Shown here: in pieces, positions 58,901-64,000 of the stretch
Layout of the letters: every line of letters begins with the position of its first letter
Numbering within the stretch: the first letter of the stretch is position 1
Origin: Amphiscolops sp. MND2022
Taxonomy: Eukaryota
Direction of reading: 5' to 3'
Assembly (NCBI GenBank): GCA_964187785.1
Contig: OZ076409.1
Location: 39,062,001-39,126,000, forward strand
Length of the DNA: 64,000 nt
The notes under the pieces: generated by a model
The model's input: the letters and a program-made list of their open reading frames with translations, nothing else
Told to the model about the DNA's origin: nothing
Database searches by the model: none
Program-made: the position numbers and the translations under genes

Positions 58901-61647
58901 CTCCTTTTCCAGAGTCGAAACGGGCTTGGCGCTGATCACCAGGGGGCCAGATCTTTTAAAAACCGCTCGGGAAAGCTTCCCAAAACCCTCTGTGGTCGCC
59001 AAAAAATGAGGTTCTATGTAACGATAAGCGCCGGCGCTTGAACTGTAACTTAGAATGGAGGAACTAGAACAGCGAATAAAATCTGGGACTTAGATCTCCG
59101 CGGCCCTAGCTCATTTTCCCTCCGAAGGAGCCAGTCCCAAGGTGGGGGAACCGTCTTGTAAGAAACTCTCTGGCCTGGTCCCAGTCTGTAACTGCTAAAA
59201 TTAACAGGCATCTTGCATAACTCAAGACCACTGCTCAACTAGCCTTTAAAAAGAGGGCTGAAAACAAGAGGAGGTTGAGCCATAGTATTGGAGAATCTGA
59301 TAAAATCGACATATCCAAATAGGTAAATATAGATGTTCAAGGGCAGCTCTCGAGCATATCAATCTACATCAGAGAGAAATACAACAAAATTAACAGTTTG
59401 AGTCATTTTGGTAGAAATTGACCTTGGCTCCCAGCGCTAACGCTCGTCACCACACAGGACACTGCAAGGATACTCAGGCGAACATCTGGAACACGGGTTT
59501 CCGGTACTATAGTAGTGTCGATCTCTTGGGATGGGCACAATACCGTGTTTTTAGACAATAAGTACGTCCTTTTGGTCGTTTTCTTGCGTTCGGTCTTCGC
59601 GGGCGGCGATTTCTGATTTTCTGGGGTGCTTTTCTGGCAGGTACTTCATCTTGAGCATGTTTGAGTGCCACGTCAGATTTGAACGAACTTTTGGCAAAAT
59701 TTCTGAACATGTCGAGTTGCAAAATCGGTGGATATTGCTGTACCAGAGCTTGCCGTTACATCAACTGAACCATTTGGCCTAGCAAACTGAACCAAAAAGG
59801 TTTTTCCTGTTTTCCAGCGTAACATACAGTATTGGGTTAGACTAAAGGGTCCCCCTTTCAATTTTTCGGCATTGTGAGACTTTTTTCGTTAAAAAATTCC
59901 GCAAAGGGTACCCCTTCAATTTTATGATGTTTTGCAATAATTGATGTTGAACAATCCGAAAGGGTCCCTTTGTTAGCGCGCCAATTCGCTCCAATTTTTA
60001 AGTTTTTGAGGTACTGTGAACGAATTCTTGACACTTTGAAGTCCTTTTGCTATTTTTGAGCCTTAGATATGGCGCCGACTTATGCTGTTCCCGGCTTGTT
60101 TGTCATAACCATACCTCTAAACGCTGGTATGAGGGACTTGCTTAAGGTCCCACCATGATGAGTTGAGAGATATTAAAACCTGATACCACCAAGTACAGGC
60201 AGAATGCTTTAATCATCACTCCCACACTACGCCATAATGCAATTGGCTGATAAGTAATAAATCTCCCAGCAGGGGACTTGCAAAAATTGTCTGTTTATTA
60301 TGAAAACTGAGCGAAAACTGATAGCCACGTTAAGGATTCAAAACATCAATACTTTCAGAACTGTCAACATACAGTGGCACGTACAGCAGCCACCGGCATG
60401 AAACTGAAGGAAGTGAACTAACTATCATCGTTATCCAAGAAGTTGGCTCCACTGAAAATGACGTTCGTGGTCAGTTGAATGGAAATCGAGAATGACGAAG
60501 ATGAAACACAAGTGGTAGTGTCGCCATCGAACAAGCTGGACACATCTGGAGTCGCTTCTAGCAGATTGACATTGCCACTATCAACCAAGACAGTTGCTGA
60601 AATAACGTCGCGTCAACTCCGAGTTTGGAAGTATGGGAAGCTTGCACATGTCTGCAGGTTTTTGAAGTTTCAAGGTGGTAGAAAGATATCAAGAATATGG
60701 AAAACCCCGTTGTTCAGGAAACCTGTTTTCGTTACAATAGAGTACTTTTTTGACAAATTTTTCCCTTGTTTCTCGAATTGTTTCGTACAAGCTGTTTAAA
60801 TATTTCACGAACACGATTAAAGCATTTTTTTTAAATTTGTGGAATTATTGAACTCATTTTCCAATTGGAAATGCACTCAAAAATATTGGTAATATTGTCC
60901 AACGTTTCTCAACTATTCTCTCAAGACTGGCTTGAGAACAAAAGCATGCTTTCCGAATTTTACAAGAATGTATCAAGCGTCTTGAAATCAAGCAAGACTG
61001 TTGAATATCATGAGTATATCATGAATACATCATGAATATAATTTTTCCAAGATCATGAGTTCTTTGCAGTGGTCTGGTGAGAAATATGTGCAAATTATAT
61101 TTTCTTTCAAGAATATCAATAAGATAGGATCAAGATATCAAGTTCAACTTTCTCTTTGGAACATTTTGGTATAATAACTTCGGAATAACTTTTCAACAAA
61201 CCCTCTTGCACAAAAATTTTGTTCTCAAATGAAAAGTTTATCTTTCGTAATCAGGAATTTTTTAAAAATTATACTTCCTACAGTTCGGATGATGTGTATG
61301 GACTCTTTTTTACTTTAAAAGAAAAAGTTGTTCTGAAAGTTGTCGGAGATCAATTTTGGGTCGCTTCAGCTTTCTCGTGAAGCAGCATTGATCAGCAGCT
61401 TTTGTTTTTATTATTTGTATGGAATAAGAAACTGTTGGGAAATAAAAGAACTACACTCTATATATAGAAGGTACCACTTTCATTTCCAAAAAACATTTCT
61501 TTTCACAAAACCTACATGGCTTTAATTTTGATATTTTTTTGGAAATGAAAACTACTAACGATCTGCGGCTTGGGCGAACTTGACTCCTGTCTCCAAGAAT
61601 ATAAAGAGTAGGCACCAATAGAGCACCAGCCTGGTACTGGTATTCAT
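4710..61647 (-). CDS. Host gene, 7 coding exons: complement(join 61560-61647, 60423-60596, 34896-35102, 34032-34379, 14850-15057, 13583-13699, 4710-4977). Predicted 469-aa secreted protein: signal peptide + F5/8C/F-type-lectin-like + FN3-like + Ly6/three-finger-like domain
   Basis: All introns are GT-AG with pyrimidine-rich ..ttcag acceptors. Phases 1,1,1,1,2,2 join into a stop-free 1410-nt frame. Motifs: MNTSTRLVLYWCLLFIFLETGVKFAQA signal; LFDGDTTTC...FQICEAQILG; PPAITKDSLNVT...IEVSW...YNLSL; ICWSFSC...CCEEDYC. Confidence 0.75.
5746..6513 (+). mobile_element. DINE-1/HINE-like non-autonomous repeat, copy 1
   Basis: Begins aaacaacacgagaacgtctatagttggcgctatatctaaggctc and ends ...tgccgactaaaa. 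Subterminal inverted motif agtcggcgc/gcgccgact is shared with the other copies. Confidence 0.6.
6806..7732 (+). mobile_element. DINE-1/HINE-like repeat: truncated 5' end (6806-~6857) plus a full copy (6963-7732) with an internal ~165-bp tandem duplication
   Basis: aaacaagacgggaacgtctaaagtcggcgcta occurs twice. Repeated aagggggaccc units. 3' end tagtcgggc...gcgccgactaaaaa. Confidence 0.65.
10922..12549. repeat. Probable solo LTR (~1.6 kb)
   Basis: TGTT...AACA ends flanked by a near-identical 5-mer (AAGGT / AAGTT). GC content is higher than the flanks and there is no long ORF. Confidence 0.4.
13583..13699 (-). CDS. Host gene exon 6 (QLWKDTVG...SLCFQSCVVS)
   Basis: ttatttttcag acceptor, gtaagt donor, 117 nt, phase 2-2, open in the required frame. 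Confidence 0.7.
14044..14541 (+). mobile_element. DINE-1/HINE-like repeat copy
   Basis: aaaacaagacgagaacgtctcaagtcggcgctatatctaaggctc ... aaagcgccgactgaaaa; same family as the 5746 and 6963 copies. Confidence 0.65.
14850..15057 (-). CDS. Host gene exon 5 (GPICWSFSCAEGHEKC...GVCSYIRTYF...)
   Basis: gatttttcag acceptor, gttagt donor, phase 1-2, Cys-rich. Confidence 0.7.
15311..18025 (-). mobile_element. Element D: old, internally deleted LTR retrotransposon (2.7 kb) with ~226-bp LTRs (15311-15536, 17799-18025)
   Basis: Two diverged direct repeats TGTT...TCACA. PBS TGGCGCAATC abuts the right LTR and PPT GGAGGGGG lies next to the left LTR. Interior is degenerate. Confidence 0.75.
16241..16591. 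mobile_element. MULE-type MITE nested in element D
   Basis: TIR gggtgggcggaaataggtcgaa / ttcgacctatttacagccaccc. Perfect 9-bp TSD GAAAATTTC at 16232-16240 and 16592-16600. Confidence 0.8.
18156..19358 (-). repeat. 3' LTR of element B
   Basis: TGTCA...TGACA ends. Direct repeat of 32434-33636. Preceded on the minus strand by the purine tract AAAGAGGCGGAG. Confidence 0.95.
20268..24667 (+). pseudogene. 7-exon antisense cargo gene in element B: join(20268-20508, 20723-20848, 21002-21391, 21609-22171, 22336-22827, 23000-23210, 23424-24667). ~1088 aa, hAT-transposase-like with a BED-type Zn finger; one premature TGA at 22537
   Basis: Six GT-AG introns of 153-217 nt with phases 1,1,1,0,0,1 stitch the separate + strand ORFs into one frame. 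Motifs: ARCLMCRVDLSIAGRGLQNLWGHWKGAEH, ERWNDLAVYF, and a C-terminal DLWCSYPFW...LLAVFKIV. Basic tail. The last acceptor could alternatively be 23350. Confidence 0.75.
26219..30800 (-). pseudogene. pol: Element B pol (protease, RT, RNase H, integrase), interrupted by stops and frameshifts
   Basis: LLDTGA at ~30730; VDLRRIN, KLDCSQAY and YVDD in RT; CDASEH...TDNKAL in RNase H; H..H..C..C, DLVGEL...DYFSRY, TDKGTAF and GPF in integrase. Confidence 0.95.
31103..32752 (-). pseudogene. gag: Element B gag; starts in the 5' LTR and has two CCHC knuckles
   Basis: MVNTRSR... starts at 32752 inside the LTR. The downstream frame VTGVLANP...KLTDEQKLNYF continues with one TAG. Knuckles CRYCNIVGHKWIDC and CQICGKVGHSARDC follow a frameshift. 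Confidence 0.85.
32434..33636 (-). repeat. 5' LTR of element B
   Basis: Direct repeat of 18156-19358, followed by TSD ATTTG. Confidence 0.95.
34032..34379 (-). CDS. Host gene exon 4 (FN3-like)
   Basis: ttggcgtttttcag acceptor, gtaagc donor, symmetric phase 1-1. Pattern PP..L.V...IEVSW...L.P....YNLSL. Confidence 0.7.
34896..35102 (-). CDS. Host gene exon 3 (C-terminal half of the F5/8C/F-type lectin-like domain)
   Basis: cttttcag acceptor, gttagc donor. If this donor is not used, the frame stops at 34891. Motif C....AKFVHF...FQICEAQILG. Confidence 0.75.
37913..38726. mobile_element. TA-flanked MITE with arrays of the palindrome TCTTGCAAGA
   Basis: ta|ccctagtc...aaatgcgtatcttgcaagattctt matches the reverse complement of aagaatctttaaagatttgcattt...ccaggg|ta. 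Confidence 0.7.
39847..40230. mobile_element. MITE with inverted arrays of (aactcgtcgaaaac)n, possibly MULE-type
   Basis: ggaaaactcgtc / gacgagttttcc inverted ends. Imperfect 9-bp TSD ggtctgact / gatctgact. Confidence 0.6.
40406..41153 (-). repeat. 3' LTR of element C
   Basis: Direct repeat of 59017-59763 (about 98% identical by eye). Confidence 0.93.
41945..46835 (-). pseudogene. Element C extra ORF (ORF3) downstream of pol, fragmented; central SGNH/GDSL-like domain
   Basis: Co-oriented ORFs 46404-46835, 43605-46385 (926 aa), 42854-43660 (duplicated part) and 41945-42784. SGNH block-like motifs CVAVDS, VIFANLLDH and DLRPDALSY. Confidence 0.7.
42836..44337. repeat. 751-bp tandem duplication inside ORF3
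   Basis: 42836-43586 repeats at 43587-44337 with about 4 substitutions and an AC junction microhomology. Confidence 0.95.
47240..54718 (-). pseudogene. pol: Element C gag-pol (2 CCHC, protease, RT, RNase H, integrase + long C-terminal extension), with frameshifts and stops
   Basis: CFHCGQNGHFAREC and CTNCGVFDHAGVQC; LVDTGSG; CDFRPLN, DLAWAFWQ, MPFG and YIDD; DTDAS...RVDNQAL; HDAMGHQG..CLTC, DHFSK, SDNA..E; GPH. Confidence 0.93.
54719..56523 (-). pseudogene. gag: Element C gag N-terminal portion (low-complexity/coiled-coil, then capsid-like)
   Basis: Co-oriented ORFs 56143-56523 and 54952-56088 lead into HLEGEARNYI...LLSSRFG...FQSRVQ, which resembles retrotransposon gag. Confidence 0.7.
58986..59001 (-). 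promoter_or_regulatory. Primer-binding site of element C, TGGCGACCACAGAGGG
   Basis: Identical to the element A PBS core; 15 nt inside the 5' LTR boundary. Confidence 0.75.
59017..59763 (-). repeat. 5' LTR of element C
   Basis: Direct repeat of 40406-41153. Confidence 0.93.
60423..60596 (-). CDS. Host gene exon 2 (TVLVDSGN...LFDGDTTTC...FLDNDD)
   Basis: ttatttcag acceptor, gttagt donor, phase 1-1, 57 full codons without a stop. Confidence 0.75.
61560..61647 (-). CDS. Host gene first coding exon (signal peptide)
   Basis: caaaATG context, hydrophobic core LVLYWCLLFIFL, AQA cleavage-like site, phase-1 gttagt donor. Confidence 0.7.
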
Positions 61648-62165
61648 TTTGACTTAAAACAGAAACTCGAGTCAACAGTCAGAAACAAAAGCACCAAAAA
61701 TGAAAGAAATCTAATTATTCACCTCTATTAGGTAATTCGGTTCAAAGCATAGATAGTTTTTGACAGTCTTTTGTTTCTCTTTTTTTTTCAGGCATGAAGT
61801 ATGAGAAGAATAAATTTAGTTACTTTTCAAGTTTGAGCTACGAATTAATGTACAATAGTTTTAAATCTTTTTCTACTTTATTTCAGATACAGCAGGCCTG
61901 TTGGTTGCTTGTTTTGGTGAAATGTTTACCATTCAATTTTTTACACACTCAACTTTTTGTATCGGACAGATTACTACTTTAAGACTGTTGAGATTTTTAT
62001 AGACGAGTACTTTCGTAATTTTGGCACAGAAAACAACAAATATTTAATTGAGTGTGAGAAGTTTCAAGAGCCACGAACAAAAGAAAATAAACTAGAGGGC
62101 CGTTCGCATATATTTGGATGGCGCTCTTCTCACACAATTCAGTTTTCTTACGATCAATCTCAATA

Positions 62166-62300
62166 ATAAGCCGGCATAGGTCGGCGCCCCGCTTAAGGCT
62201 CAAAAACCGCCATTCAAAATACTTCAATTGTTTTTTAAAAAAAGATAGAGACTTTTATGGAAAATGGAAAATTTTCGGGAAGAAAGTTTCCCAGTGCCGA
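62166..62300 (+). repeat. Truncated DINE-1/HINE-like fragment
   Basis: aagccggcataggtcggcgccccgcttaaggctcaaaaa matches the family 5' end. Confidence 0.45.
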
Positions 62301-64000
62301 ATTTTGACGGCGGATTCGAAATTTTCTGTCCAGGATCAAACGACTGATTTGTCGAAATTCGAGATGTGACATTGAAGCAAATTAGGAAATGTCCTATTCA
62401 CTGCCAGTGAAAATGAAGAGATGTTAGTTTGGATTCTCGGGAAAGTGTTCCGTTCGGAAAGCAAATATTCATTCTCATTTATTCATTGAAATTATTTAAA
62501 CAAAGAATCAACGGGAAGGGAACATTTAAAAATGAATAACCAATTTGGACGCCTGATTACTTTTCAAATCCGTGCCCACGCCAGTTATCGATTCATGGAA
62601 ACTCAAAGAAGGCTCTCCGATAAAAGTTGAAGGGAAGAAGTAGATACAGTTCAGCGGACACCGATTTTTTGACAATTTTCAAAGTGAATATTTGGAAGCG
62701 AAAGTGAAGGTGTTCCGTCAAATCAGTACCTCTGACAACGTAATATAGTCAAATAGAATATTTTAAGGAAAATGATTGATTTGAAATTATATTGGCGATG
62801 TCACGTCAGATGAAGACGAACTATCTTATCAATTAGAAGATTGGATAAAATGAAACTGACCCCTTTTTGTAGATTGGATTCGTGGAAAAAAGTTCTTGGA
62901 ATTCTTTTTACAGCCAATTGACCACCAACGGTAAATAGTTAAAGGTTTGTTGGTTTGAGAATTAACGCTTCATGAAGTGAATCAATAACCTGAGAAAAGA
63001 TTGATGGAAGTAACAAAAAATTGCTAGTACTGGAATTGTTTGAAAAATCGCATGTTTGGTGTTCATAGTAGCTGACAGTTCTCTGCATCATGATTTTGAA
63101 ATGTTAACCCCAAAAAACAAATTTACGACCATACAATTTTCTCCCTTCCAGGCTTGAGTTTCAATGAGAAAAAACAAACAATCGAAGAAAAACTGTTCAG
63201 AACTTGCTTTCTGAAGACCTGAAGGATAAAAACAACATTCATGTTTGGCACGAAATGACAGCGTTTGCGATATGATAGCAATAATTTCAATGCATTGTCT
63301 GCATCAGATTTGATAGAAGTATTGTAAAGCCGTCGGGACAAAGTCTGGCGTATTACCACTATTATTGTAGACATACATCTTTGAACAATTAAAAGTCTTG
63401 CAAATCGATCTCGACATCAAAGTGTTTGACATTGTCGAAGATTTTCATTCGCCAAAAAATGTAAGGTACAAATCTTTTGAACACCTTTAGGACACTGCAT
63501 CAAGGCCTTGAACTAAAAATTGTGATTCTTGCTACGTGAAAAGAACAAACTCTATTCAATTTAGAACCGCCGTCTCAAAGAGCCAAATGAGTGGTCTCGA
63601 AAAGCTGCTTTTTAGTACCTGTAAACCCCCTCCGTGTTTCCCCATCACTGTAAAGACAATGTCCAAACTTCACTTTCTGTTCCTCCGTTTCAGCACTGTG
63701 TCCAGACTCAGTTTTCTGATTGATACTCTCCGAATTTATTTCATTTCGTCCACTTGACTGTCAAGATAGTGCCAAGACTTCATCGATTGATTGAAAAGTA
63801 GACAGTATCAAAGTTTTTCATTCCTTTTTAACGTTAATTCCAGTTTTGTTTACCGTTCCGTAGTCTGCGACTGCCTTCGCCCCAAAAAAAAACAAAAACC
63901 TGTGTCTTTTCGAAAAAAGCAACGCCTGGAGACTACTCCGCGCACATAATGTAATACTTTTGAACATTACCAAGTGCAAATGTCCAGAGTCAATTAGTTA

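Larger units (their letters stand above)
40406..59763 (-). mobile_element. Element C: 19.4-kb Ty3/Gypsy LTR retrotransposon with an extended integrase and a large extra ORF
   Basis: LTRs at 40406-41153 and 59017-59763. TSD ATTGA/ACTGA with one mismatch. PPT GGGGAG at 41154-41159. PBS at 58986-59001. Domain order gag-PR-RT-RH-IN. Confidence 0.93.
40291..60101 (-). mobile_element. DINE-1/HINE-like copy split by element C (40291-40405 + 59764-60101)
   Basis: The left part carries the family 3' end. The right part ends gagccttagatatggcgccgact...cttgttt, the reverse complement of the family 5' end. Confidence 0.6.

Overview
AT-rich, repeat-dense, intron-containing eukaryotic (animal-like) DNA. 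I can assemble one 7-exon host gene on the minus strand (61647->4710, 469 aa) with consistent intron phases. It encodes a signal peptide, an F5/8C/F-type-lectin-like domain, an FN3-like domain and a Ly6/three-finger-like domain, and its introns are filled with transposons. Two large, near-complete but mutated Ty3/Gypsy LTR retrotransposons dominate the window. Element B (18156-33636, 1203-bp LTRs, ATTTG TSD) has a gag that begins inside the LTR. Between pol and its 3' LTR it carries a 7-exon, GT-AG intron-containing, ANTISENSE gene (~1088 aa) resembling a derived hAT transposase; this is the best candidate for an undescribed system here. Element C (40406-59763, ~748-bp LTRs) has an integrase extended by an AT-hook and two TARG1/OARD1-like macrodomains, plus a large extra ORF with an SGNH-like domain. 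Also present: the 5' end of a related element A (LTR 1828-2583), an old 2.7-kb LTR element D (15311-18025), a probable solo LTR, DINE-1/HINE-like repeats and several MITEs. All domain calls are by-eye motif recognition and need HMM or structure confirmation.
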